Of a stretch of DNA of 64,000 nt, positions 8,688 to 17,426 are shown one piece after another (positions within the stretch are counted from its first letter, which is position 1; each line of letters begins with the position of its first letter). The translations under genes and the position numbers were made by a program. The notes under the pieces were generated by a model. The model ran no database searches. It saw nothing but the letters and a program-made list of their open reading frames with translations, and was not told where the DNA came from. Source of the DNA: Candidatus Peregrinibacteria bacterium (lineage in GTDB: Bacteria; Patescibacteriota; Gracilibacteria; UM-FILTER-43-11); NCBI GenBank assembly GCA_016699515.1, contig CP064978.1, forward strand, positions 892,359 through 956,358, given 5' to 3'.

Positions 8688-9415
8688 CTGAGTGTGCCAG
8701 CCCGCATTTGTTTTAGGTACGGCTCATATTCTGCCCGGCTTGTACAACCGGTTGTGTGAATAATGTCCGCCATCATAAGGCCAAACCTTGTTTCCAATTC
8801 GGCCTCATTTACCCCTTCGCATTTTAATAATAACATGACGGCATTGCGACTGGCGTGAGTTAAATAAATCGCCCCAAGCAAGCATGAAAGTTCAATGATA
8901 TCTTTTACCGTCATTCCAGCGCTTTTGGCTTGTTTGATGTTAATTGCTTTACCTCCATCCGCCTGCCTGACCCTTTCAACCAAGGTAAGGTCAATGTTCC
9001 CGCTTTTAAATCCTTTTGCCAAGGCGGCCAATTGATACGCATGATATCGAGGCACCCCTTGTGCAATACTAAACGCCTCTTTGCTTCGCTGCGCATCCTC
9101 ATCTTCAGGTTTGTAGCCAAAGGTTTTAAGATACCACGTAATAAGCCCGGCACGGGTTCCACTAAGAATTTGAGTCCGAGCATCGTTCATGTTCACAAGC
9201 CTCAATATTTTCTCGGCCTGATCGGGGTATGCCTCAAAAAACTCCGCTGGATAGGTGGGATCTTCCGCAACTACATCGCCCGAAAAGACCCGGTCTGTTT
9301 GAGCGGCACAAGCGAGCAGTCGATTGATATGGCGTATAAAATCCCCCTTAACTTCCGGAGCAAAAACGTCTTGTCGAATGGCATAGTGCGCCGCATTGAA
9401 TGCCTCTCTATTCAT
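8684..9415 (-). CDS. Hypothetical protein (243 aa)
   Basis: Long clean ORF with ATG start and a promoter-like element upstream. No recognisable motif. Confidence 0.55.
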   Translation of the reverse strand: MNREAFNAAHYAIRQDVFAPEVKGDFIRHINRLLACAAQTDRVFSGDVVAEDPTYPAEFFEAYPDQAEKILRLVNMNDARTQILSGTRAGLITWYLKTFGYKPEDEDAQRSKEAFSIAQGVPRYHAYQLAALAKGFKSGNIDLTLVERVRQADGGKAINIKQAKSAGMTVKDIIELSCLLGAIYLTHASRNAVMLLLKCEGVNEAELETRFGLMMADIIHTTGCTSRAEYEPYLKQMRAGTLS

Positions 9416-9439
9416 GGACTTGACTTTAAAATTTTCTAT

Positions 9440-9467
9440 ATAATACTAAAAATTCTATTTTTGTCAA
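9440..9467 (-). promoter_or_regulatory. Sigma70-like promoter candidate for the 8684..9415 gene
   Basis: On the minus strand: TTGACA (9462..9467), a 16-nt spacer, then TATTAT (9440..9445), about 25 nt upstream of the ATG. Confidence 0.35.
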
Positions 9468-9540
9468 TATTAACCGCCATCTATAAAGAGCTAAGCCGCC
9501 TCGGTATGTGATGCAACTTCGGTTGTTAACTGAGGATCGA

Positions 9541-10248
9541 TCATAACCAACTCAAGTCCCCCGTCTTTTTCGCGAAGCATGCAGTTGGCGGGGTTTTGAT
9601 CGATCCACTGGCCTGCATTTTTCTTATTTCAGCCAAAGTGTCCATGGCTTTTCTTTTCAGTTGAACTACATAACCACCAGTGAGTTTTTCGGCCAATGCT
9701 TGTACTGCTGCAAATTTTGCGACCACTAGCTGATCATATTGATCACCCTCATTTGCTGGTCTATTTAATTTATAAAAAGCGGACGTATTAGGGTCATTAT
9801 CGTATTCCATTACATCCTGCAAACTTGGGCCGTTGATGTATTCCATGATTTGAACTTCTTGCCATCTTCCGTCTACTTTTTTGAGCTCAACTCCGTAAAA
9901 TTTTGGATGAGCGATGTTGAGCCGATCCAATTCGGAATAGCATTTCAGCACAGCCTCAAGGTCGCGACGGACTACCGAAGCCCTATCCACCAAAGCCCGA
10001 TCTCTTTCGGCAAGTTTTTCAGGGGCTGTGAGTTTATAAAGAATTCCGCCTTGCTCGTAACATTGAGCCTGTGTGCCATAACCCACGAAATTTAGCGAAT
10101 CGACCCCCTCTTTTAAAACAGCTTCCACCTGATCTCGGATTCCAGCGGCGGCTGCGGTTAGATAGAGAATTCTATCTGTGCTGTGCGTTAGCGCTACATG
10201 GTCGGACGGTTTTAATTCCCTTAAATAATCGACGGTGGGCAACTGCAT
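9541..10248 (-). CDS. Hypothetical protein with protein-kinase-like N-lobe features only
   Basis: VGYGTQAQCY..ILYKL (Gly-loop/Lys-like) and IMEYINGPSL (hinge-like). I saw no catalytic HxD or DFG motif. Confidence 0.45.
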   Translation of the reverse strand: MQLPTVDYLRELKPSDHVALTHSTDRILYLTAAAAGIRDQVEAVLKEGVDSLNFVGYGTQAQCYEQGGILYKLTAPEKLAERDRALVDRASVVRRDLEAVLKCYSELDRLNIAHPKFYGVELKKVDGRWQEVQIMEYINGPSLQDVMEYDNDPNTSAFYKLNRPANEGDQYDQLVVAKFAAVQALAEKLTGGYVVQLKRKAMDTLAEIRKMQASGSIKTPPTACFAKKTGDLSWL

Positions 10249-10264
10249 TTTTAACTTTTAATCA

Positions 10265-10687
10265 CTAATTGCGAACGGATCGCAAGTAACTTTCTAAAAT
10301 GATTTGGGCGGAAATCATGTCGCGCTGATTTTTTTGATCCCGCGATTTGACCCCCTGCATGCGTAATAATTGATTGGCGTGGCGCGTTGTTAAACGCTCA
10401 TCGAAAAAATCGATATCCGCTTCTACCGCTGTTGCAAGCTTTTTGGCAAACATTCGCGTTTTGTGAGCCCGCTCTCCCTCGGCGCCTTCCAGTTCGATCG
10501 GAAGGCCAATTATGATTTTTGTCACTTTTTCACGCTCGCATAACTCATTGATTTGACGCACCAACTCATCCACAGAAGAAACCAGTAAAAAATCGCGTGG
10601 AAACGCGATTTGTTTGGTTGTGTCCGTAATGGCTAATCCCACTCGCTTGTCGCCAAAGTCGATGGCGAGGTACTTACCGTTTGACAT
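10265..10687 (-). CDS. ruvX: Holliday-junction resolvase-like protein YqgF/RuvX
   Basis: YLAIDFGDKRVGLAITD N-terminus, about 140 aa. Confidence 0.85.
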   Translation of the reverse strand: MSNGKYLAIDFGDKRVGLAITDTTKQIAFPRDFLLVSSVDELVRQINELCEREKVTKIIIGLPIELEGAEGERAHKTRMFAKKLATAVEADIDFFDERLTTRHANQLLRMQGVKSRDQKNQRDMISAQIILESYLRSVRN

Positions 10688-10689
10688 GA

Positions 10690-10998
10690 TTACGCTTTAA
10701 CTTCCTCTTTTTTTGAGGTGGCGGTTGATTTAACAGATTTTGCTGCAGAAAGTGCTCGTTCAATGCGAGATTTCTTTCGAGCGGCATTGTTTTGATGAAT
10801 AATGTTCTTTTTTGCGCAAGTATCAATAGCACTTACCGCTTTTGGCAGCATTTTTACCGCTTTGTCCGATTCATTGGATTTTACCAAGCCCAAAATCAAC
10901 TTAATCATCGACTTCATGTGGCTGTTGTAGTGTCGATTGCGTTGAGTACGAGTTTTGTCTTGCTTAACACGTTTAATGGCTTGCTTGGTGATTGGCAT
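10690..10998 (-). CDS. rpsT: 30S ribosomal protein S20
   Basis: MPITKQAIKRVKQDKTRTQRNR... basic N-terminus typical of S20. Confidence 0.9.
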   Translation of the reverse strand: MPITKQAIKRVKQDKTRTQRNRHYNSHMKSMIKLILGLVKSNESDKAVKMLPKAVSAIDTCAKKNIIHQNNAARKKSRIERALSAAKSVKSTATSKKEEVKA

Positions 10999-11010
10999 TG
11001 TAGCGATTTA

Positions 11011-11075
11011 AGTTGTAGGTAGCAGGTTGCAGGTTGTATGCTTTGATGAATCACTTTTAACATACAACTTTTAAC
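11011..11075. repeat. Low-complexity hairpin (word GGTTGTA)
   Basis: AGGTTGTATG (11031..11040) pairs with CATACAACTT (11061..11070). The left side carries tandem GTTGTAGG/GTTGCAGG words. Confidence 0.6.
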
Positions 11076-11121
11076 AAAGCGCGAGGATTCTACCTAAATA
11101 TTGCGTTTTGTGCAACCCTTT

Positions 11122-12587
11122 TTAAAGTGATAACCCCTCTGAGCCAATCACAATACTCAGGTCGGCGCCGGGGAAATCTTGCGACTGATCGCTTGGGATC
11201 GACTCAACGGATAAAAATTCTTCCAGAGCCTTTATTTGCAGCGGTAATGCCGGAACCACTCTTTCCTTTCGATCCAAAGTCCATTGATTGAATTGAATGA
11301 ATGTTTTTTCTGATTCAATGCGATTTCCAGCCGCGTCAAGATAATCATCGATGTTCACCACGTCGAAGCCATAACGCGTTAACTGAGTAGCGATTTTACG
11401 GGCAGCGCCGGATGCCCCACTAGCATTGAGCACTTCCAGCCGAGCCGGATTGGCCATGGCCATGCCGTGATGAAATAAAAGCGAAGCGTATCGCTGAATC
11501 ATTTTAAAGTCACCTCCAAAAGGCACCAGTACATATAGTCCATCATAATCGTCTCGCAAGGGGACGTATAAAAATCCGCCATCGCGCTCGGGATCGTCAT
11601 TCAACACTTTCATAACCAAATTATTTCGATCAAAATGAGTGGCGAATTTTGCCATCGTGATCAGCTCACGTAATTCCATATCGGTATTCATGTTGTTTTG
11701 AATGGAATTGTAGATGTCTGTGAGCGTGCCGGGGCTAGTGAGCACTCCAGCGGATAAAGCTTTTTCTTTGATCGCCAAAAGCACTTGCTGCTGGCGCAGT
11801 GCACGATCGAAGTCTGAGGTGGTTTTTCGGCTACGCACGTATTTTAGCGCCGTTTCTCCGTCTAATTCTTGGGGCCGGCGGCGATGCGAAACGTTTTATA
11901 ACCCGTGTCGGTGTCGTTGGGATAATATGGATCTTCGATGGAGGCGTGCACGTTGTCGTTTACCCCCCCCATTGCATCGACCACCTCCACAAATCCACCA
12001 AAATCCACTCGAATGTAGTAGTGAATATCAAGATTTAATATATTCGATAATAAGGTTCGATAAACTTCAAAACCCTCCGGGTCGCCTAATGTTTGAGTGT
12101 TAGTGACATAGAACTGGTTAATTTTTCCGCTTCCGTACCCTTCGGTATGCAAAAAGAGGTCTCGTGGAATTGATAACATGGAAACCTGGTAGTTTTCAAA
12201 GTCGATGCTGGCCACAATGATCGTATCAATCAAACCGGCACCGTCACGCTCAAATCCCCCATCACCCAGCAAGACAATGTTGGTGCGCCCGCTTTCATCA
12301 TGTTTTAGCTCTTGCCCCGCCACAAACAGTAGTGACTTGAGGTCAAAATCCCAAATAAACCCAAGAAGCACCCGCGTGATGCTGAAGACCACGACTATGC
12401 TCACCAGCACCATGGTGGTGCCCACCACCACGCTGCGACCACGATACAAACCGATCACCGCACGGCCTAACGGCTTTAGAATTTTTCTTCCCAAAAAGAG
12501 CGCCAGCCACTTTATAAAAGAGAGCACATGTTTTAATGGCTTTAGGGGCGGATTTTTTCTGATTTGTCTTGTTTTGAAAGAGGTCAT
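11122..12587 (-). CDS. LytR-CpsA-Psr (LCP) family protein (one frame break)
   Basis: N-terminal TM, NIVLLGDGG..LIDTIIVASID, LSIPRDL. The break is in the G4 run 11881..11884; an extra base gives ..RIAAGPQELDGETALKYVRSRKTTSDFDRA. Confidence 0.8.
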
Positions 12588-12669
12588 TCGCTTTGGTTAG
12601 CCGCGGAAAACCTTACCACTTTTGCAAGTGGTGGGCAATGCTAAAGACTCCGGGGATTGTGGAGTGATC

Positions 12670-12699
12670 GTAGAGTGTGGTCGTACGACCACACTCTAC
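12670..12699. terminator. Perfect 30-nt palindrome downstream of rplL
   Basis: GTAGAGTGTGGTCGTACGACCACACTCTAC. There is no clear U-tract on the minus strand, so the terminator role is uncertain. Confidence 0.4.
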
Positions 12700-12710
12700 G
12701 CCCTCGTTCA

Positions 12711-13121
12711 CTATTTCAGTGTTACGGTAGCTCCAGCTTCTTCCAACTGAGCCTTCATTTTATCGGCTTCGTCTTTCTTGACACCTTCTTTAACCATCTT
12801 AGGCGCACCATCCACTAGATCTTTAGCTTCTTTCAAGCCAAGACCGGTGATTTCACGCACTACTTTGATGACGGCGATCTTTTGACCTCCGGCGCTGGTC
12901 AATTCAACGTCGAAAGTATCTTTTTCTTCTGCAGCAGCGGCTTCACCTCCTCCGGCTGGAGCAGCAGCAACCGCAACGGGTGCAGCAGCAGAAACACCAA
13001 ATTCTTCTTCCATAGCCTTTACCAAATCGGCTAATTCAAGAACGGTGAGTTTTTTTACTTCATCCAAAATGGATGCAGCGGCTTTGGAAAGTTTAATTTC
13101 CTTTTTTTCTGAGTCAGACAT
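12711..13121 (-). CDS. rplL: 50S ribosomal protein L7/L12
   Basis: Ala/Glu-rich hinge and the C-terminal [19 protein letters not shown] motif. Confidence 0.95.
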   Translation of the reverse strand: MSDSEKKEIKLSKAAASILDEVKKLTVLELADLVKAMEEEFGVSAAAPVAVAAAPAGGGEAAAAEEKDTFDVELTSAGGQKIAVIKVVREITGLGLKEAKDLVDGAPKMVKEGVKKDEADKMKAQLEEAGATVTLK

Positions 13122-13165
13122 AATAATAAATTAGTAAGTAAGTAAATAAATTATTAATAAAACGA

Positions 13166-13813
13166 TTACGCTTCCGTGTTCTCTTCTGCTTTTACTTCTT
13201 CGGCGGGCGCTTCTTCTGCAGCCACTTCTTGCGGAGCAGCCACTTCCTCTGCTACGGCCGGCGCCGCTGGAGCCTCTTTTTGCCCTTCGGCAGGCAAGGT
13301 GTCTTTATACGCATTCACCACGCGCACGAAACTGGCAATTAAATTGCCCAACAAACCAACGGTATTGGAAATAGGAGCATTCATTGACCCCATCAACTTG
13401 GCAATCAACTCGTTCTTTCCTGGTAACATTGCCAACTTTTTGATCTCTTCTTCTCCTACTACACGGCCGTCGACCACGCCTCCCAGCAAGATCAATTTAT
13501 CGTTTTGCTTCGCAAAGTTGAACAATACCTTTAGGCCTTCCAATTCATCTTCGTAGCTGAATGTAGCCGCTACGGGCCCTTCCATCATTTCGCGAGTCAG
13601 CCCGTGAATATCGTTCTTTTCGGCTGCAATTCTCATCAATGTTTTTTTTGCCACCGAAACTTCGGAGCCGGTTGCGCGCAATTTTCTGCGTAAATCAGAC
13701 ATTCCCGCTACGTCTAGACCGCGATAACCGGTAAAAACGACGGTTTTTGAGCGGCTGAACTGATCAATCAGTCCGGTTAAAATGTCTTCTTTTTGTTGTT
13801 TAGTAACAGCCAT
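13166..13813 (-). CDS. rplJ: 50S ribosomal protein L10 with an Ala/Glu-rich C-terminal extension
   Basis: L10-like N-terminal 160 aa directly upstream of rplL. The tail is APAAPAVAEEVAAPQEVAAEEAPAEEVKAEE. Confidence 0.9.
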   Translation of the reverse strand: MAVTKQQKEDILTGLIDQFSRSKTVVFTGYRGLDVAGMSDLRRKLRATGSEVSVAKKTLMRIAAEKNDIHGLTREMMEGPVAATFSYEDELEGLKVLFNFAKQNDKLILLGGVVDGRVVGEEEIKKLAMLPGKNELIAKLMGSMNAPISNTVGLLGNLIASFVRVVNAYKDTLPAEGQKEAPAAPAVAEEVAAPQEVAAEEAPAEEVKAEENTEA

Positions 13814-13816
13814 TTT

Positions 13817-13860
13817 CTTAGTAGTTAAGAGTTAAGAGTTAATAATTAAGAGTTATTAAC
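13817..13860. repeat. Solo arm of the TAAGAGTTAA word repeat
   Basis: GTAGTTAAGAGTTAAGAGTTAATAATTAAGAGTTATTAAC directly upstream of the rplJ start. It has the same word and orientation as 7409..7442. Confidence 0.7.
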
Positions 13861-14128
13861 AGACTCAAAAAAATCTCGGGCGAGCGCAGCGAGACGTACT
13901 TATTCAAGATTCAAAATTATAACATTCAAGATTAATTTTGAAACGAATTGTATGTCTGCGGGGCTTCTACCCACCTAAGGCGGGATGCCTGCTTTCTGCG
14001 ACGTGACCATTTTACGGATTTAAATGTAGATGTCAAATCTATTTTGCTGTAAGTTGTAGAATGTTAGTAATGCATAGCTCTTTGCATCCTGACAACCGAT
14101 CCTTTATTAATATGTATTTTTAAGTCCA

Positions 14129-15076
14129 GTGAAACATTTTACCGTTGATGACAAAGGAGCAGACCGACGCTTGGATCAGTATTTATCCTCCGTTCGGCCC
14201 GACCTTACCCGTGCCTTCGTTCAAAAGATGATCAAAGGGGGTTCCGTGTTTGTGAATCAGAAAAAAATTACTAAAGCCTCCCATTCAGTACAAAAAGACG
14301 ATGAATTGGTGGTGCTCATCCCTTCGATTAAAGAAGTAGGCATTGTGGCCGAGGATATTCCACTGGACGTTGTTTATGAAGATCACGACATGCTGGTGAT
14401 TAATAAGCCTGCCGGAATGGTGGTGCACCCCACTGATCATGGGTCCCACGTTTCGGGCACATTGGTCAACGCGGTGATGCACTATTGTCATGATAGTTTG
14501 AGTGGCATTGGCGGGGATCGACGCCCCGGCATCGTTCATCGGCTCGATAAACAGACCTCGGGGCTCATTATGGTGGCCAAACACGATGGCGCCCATCGCG
14601 CCCTGGCGCATCAAATCGAATCCCGAAGTATTGTTAAAGAATATATTACCTTGCTTAAGGGGCGCCTTAAGCCGAAAGAAGGCAGCATAGAAGCTCCGCT
14701 GAAAGCTCAACCCAAGGGGGGGCGAACCGACGTGCAAATTTCCAATTCCATCACGGCAAAATACGCTCTCACTCATTATCATGTGCAGGAGTATTTAGGT
14801 GAATACAGCTTGGTTAACGTGCGCATTATTACCGGAAGAACCCATCAAATTCGCGTCCACTTTGCCGCTATTGGCCATCCGGTGGTGGGTGACGAAATGT
14901 ATGGCGACGCCACGACCAATCAAGCGATCGAATCGCTCAGTGGTTTACGGCGCCAATTTTTACATGCGGCTCAGCTGACTTTTCGACTGCCAAAAAACGA
15001 CGAGGAAATTACGCTTACCTCTGAGCTGCCTGATGATCTCAGTCAAACCATTGAAACGTTGAAGGTTGTAAGTTGA
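14129..15076 (+). CDS. rluD: RluA-family 23S rRNA pseudouridine synthase (RluD-like)
   Basis: S4-like N-terminus (RLDQYLS), catalytic HRLDKQTSGL, GRTHQIRVH. Confidence 0.85.
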   Translation: MKHFTVDDKGADRRLDQYLSSVRPDLTRAFVQKMIKGGSVFVNQKKITKASHSVQKDDELVVLIPSIKEVGIVAEDIPLDVVYEDHDMLVINKPAGMVVHPTDHGSHVSGTLVNAVMHYCHDSLSGIGGDRRPGIVHRLDKQTSGLIMVAKHDGAHRALAHQIESRSIVKEYITLLKGRLKPKEGSIEAPLKAQPKGGRTDVQISNSITAKYALTHYHVQEYLGEYSLVNVRIITGRTHQIRVHFAAIGHPVVGDEMYGDATTNQAIESLSGLRRQFLHAAQLTFRLPKNDEEITLTSELPDDLSQTIETLKVVS

Positions 15077-15126
15077 AGGTTGTAAGTATCGATTTTCCTA
15101 CAACATAAAACTTGCAACTTACAACA
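15058..15126. repeat. Low-complexity hairpin (word GGTTGTAAG) overlapping the rluD stop
   Basis: GTTGTAAGTTG (15065..15075) pairs perfectly with CAACTTACAAC (15115..15125). The left arm encodes the rluD C-terminus ..LKVVS and its stop. Confidence 0.7.
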
Positions 15127-15151
15127 AAAAAGAGCCCGTAGGCTCTTTTTA
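15126..15151. terminator. Bidirectional rho-independent terminator between rluD and rplU
   Basis: AAAAAAGAGCC-CGTA-GGCTCTTTTT: a stem flanked by an A-run and a T-run. Confidence 0.7.
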
Positions 15152-15152
15152 A

Positions 15153-15464
15153 TTATTTAATATTAAGAACCTCAATTTGGCTATACTGTTGGCGATGTCC
15201 TTGAGTGCGTTCGTAGCGTTTTTTTGGCTTCTTTTTATACACTCGAATCTTTTCTCCTTTGGTGTGGGCTTTTACTTCAATTTCGATTCCTGCCCCCGAT
15301 ACAAAAGGAGCCCCAATATCGGTTTTGGCGCCGTTTGACCGAAGGAGCACGGTGTCTAATTTAAGCTTGTCACCCTCTTTGGCATCTTTTAAGTGATCCA
15401 CCTCAACGGTGATTCCCTTTTCAAGCTTGTATTGCTTTCCAGCGATTTCTGCGATTACGAACAT
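15153..15464 (-). CDS. rplU: 50S ribosomal protein L21
   Basis: MFVIAEIAGKQYKLEKG... typical L21, 103 aa. Confidence 0.9.
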   Translation of the reverse strand: MFVIAEIAGKQYKLEKGITVEVDHLKDAKEGDKLKLDTVLLRSNGAKTDIGAPFVSGAGIEIEVKAHTKGEKIRVYKKKPKKRYERTQGHRQQYSQIEVLNIK

Positions 15465-15467
15465 CTT

Positions 15468-15505
15468 CTTTAGTTAGGAGTTAAGCGTTTATAATTAAGA
15501 GTTAG
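15468..15505. repeat. Solo arm of the TAAGAGTTAA word repeat between rplS and rplU
   Basis: CTTTAGTTAGGAGTTAAGCGTTTATAATTAAGAGTTAG. It contains the rplS stop codon (15495..15497) and its last codons. Confidence 0.65.
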
Positions 15506-16031
15506 ACTCTTCTTTCATTTCTTCGGCTGATTCTTCTTGGGGAACTTCTTCGACTACCGGAGCTTCGGCACTTTCTTCGGCTTGATCCATGGCAGTTTCT
15601 TCGGCTTTTTTAGCTGCTTCCGCTTCTACCGCTTCGGCAATCAAAGCGTCCATTTTGGCTTCTTCATCGGCTCGTTCTTGATCCGTCACTTGTTTTTCCT
15701 TCAAGCGAGCAGACTTACCAAAGCGATCGCGCATGTAGTACAGTTTAGCGCGACGCACTTTCGCCTTTTTGCGAATGTCGATCTTTACGATGTTGGCCGA
15801 ATGAAAAGGGAACACTTTTTCCACTCCAATGCCTTCTACCACCTTGCGAACCGTGAAGGTTTTAGAAAGTCCTGATCCACTGGCCACACGAATCACCAAA
15901 CCTTCAAAAATCTGAACGCGCTCTTTACCGGCTTCTTTAATTTTTTGGTGCACACTCACCGTGTATCCCGCACGTACTTCGGGGATGCGTTTGAATTGTG
16001 ACTTCTGTACTTCTTGAATCAGTGGATGCAT
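15495..16031 (-). CDS. rplS: 50S ribosomal protein L19 with an acidic C-terminal extension
   Basis: The L19 core (PEVRAGYTVSVHQKIKE.., RRAKLYYMRD) is followed by about 60 aa rich in E/A. Confidence 0.9.
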   Translation of the reverse strand: MHPLIQEVQKSQFKRIPEVRAGYTVSVHQKIKEAGKERVQIFEGLVIRVASGSGLSKTFTVRKVVEGIGVEKVFPFHSANIVKIDIRKKAKVRRAKLYYMRDRFGKSARLKEKQVTDQERADEEAKMDALIAEAVEAEAAKKAEETAMDQAEESAEAPVVEEVPQEESAEEMKEESNS

Positions 16032-16114
16032 CGGAGAAAATTTAACCTATATAAATGTAAAAAATTTTGCCCGCTTACTTTAGTCAAGTTTTAGCGATAA
16101 AGCAAGTGAATTTT

Positions 16115-16685
16115 TATTGGGCGGCTTTCAGCTCTTTTTGGAGTTTATTGATGGCAAAAATGGACTCGGGGTCTTTGATGAGATCTCGAATGAATTTATC
16201 TTTGCATTCCAAGCGATATAAAAAGTCTTTTTGATTCATGTTGGTAAAGCGCAGATCCTTGCCGGATTTGGAGTTTTCAGAAAGAAAACGCTGCAGTTTT
16301 GCTTGTCTAATTCGCCCACCACCAACAAGTCCACCGCCGACTCTTTGCCGGCGAACACTCCGTTTAGAATCAATAGATCCACCTCCCCCATTTTGGCGAT
16401 TTTTTTGATCAAATCCTGCTCACCGCTCATCGCCTTAAGCAGAATGTTTTTTAGCTCATCAAAAATAACGTATTCGGTATTTACGTAAAAATACTTTTTG
16501 CGGTTTCTCATTCGGCTTTTGAGCAGTCCGATCTTTTTAAGATTGTCCAACTCGCGGCGAATCGAATTGATTTGTTCGTCCAACTTGCGCGTGAGCTCAC
16601 GTATAAAAAATTCCTGATCGGGGTTGAGCAAAAACGTAGTGAGGAGCTTGATGCGCGTGTTGGAACTGAAGAGAGATTTGAGCAT
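16115..16685 (-). CDS. Winged-helix (ArsR-like) transcriptional regulator candidate (one frame break)
   Basis: RIKLLTTFLLNPDQEFFIRELTRKLDEQINSIRRELDNLKKIGLL. The C-terminal part continues in another frame after T4 16297..16300. Confidence 0.5.
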
Positions 16686-17131
16686 AAGTATGAAAACAAA
16701 AAATACCAACAATATTGTTTCATGTAGATTGGTTTTTTGTTTGTTGAGGGTTGTACGTTGAAGGTGAGTTTTGGAGCTTACCGTCTACTACTTAATGTGG
16801 AGCATTTGTGTGCACATATTTTATACATTTAAGTTCATTTCTGATCAACCTCTTTTAAAAAAAAAAGTACCCCCTTGTCCTGTTTTTTGTTTTATATAAG
16901 CCGTATATTTTAATTGACATATTGTTTTTTAATTTCATTTTAAGAACTTCTTTTTTTGTTCAAGTATCTTTTTTTTGTACAATCGGTTTTTGAGCCTTTT
17001 TTAAATGAATAAATATTTTATTCAAATATACGGTTTTTTGTTTTAAAAAGCCCGATTTTATGTGTTAAATTTATCGAGCTTGCTTTTTAAACCGGTGATG
17101 ATGTATAATTTTTTTTAAACCTTAATTTTCT

Positions 17132-17368
17132 TTAATTTAGTTCCGATTCGTCATCGGCATCGGGTGCTTTGGCGCCGGGTTCCTTCCAAAATAAAACGAG
17201 TAGTCCTCCGATGACCGCACCCAGCCCCGCTGCCTGAAAAAGCACAAAGGTGGGGCTACTGTTGGTGCTAATTAAATACCATACGCAGCTTGCGCCAATT
17301 TGAGGAAGACTAAGCACCAGCAGCATTAAAAATACTAAGATGGCGCCAACAAGATAAAAGGTTTTCAT
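17132..17368 (-). CDS. Small two-TM membrane protein (78 aa)
   Basis: Two hydrophobic helices and an acidic tail. No homology recognised. Confidence 0.4.
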   Translation of the reverse strand: MKTFYLVGAILVFLMLLVLSLPQIGASCVWYLISTNSSPTFVLFQAAGLGAVIGGLLVLFWKEPGAKAPDADDESELN

Positions 17369-17426
17369 GAGCTATTTATTTTACTTTGCTTTATTGTATC
17401 ATGTTTTCACCTATTTCACTAGCTGT

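Noticed and set aside
12670-12699. The 30-nt perfect palindrome as a restriction or recombination hotspot or mobile-element end.
   Set aside because: It is a single copy in the window and sits directly downstream of rplL. It is most simply a transcript-end hairpin.
16713-17131. Chromosomal replication origin.
   Set aside because: I could find no TTATCCACA-like DnaA boxes beyond weak 6/9 matches, and no dnaA or dnaN gene is nearby. It is kept only as a low-interest non-coding region.
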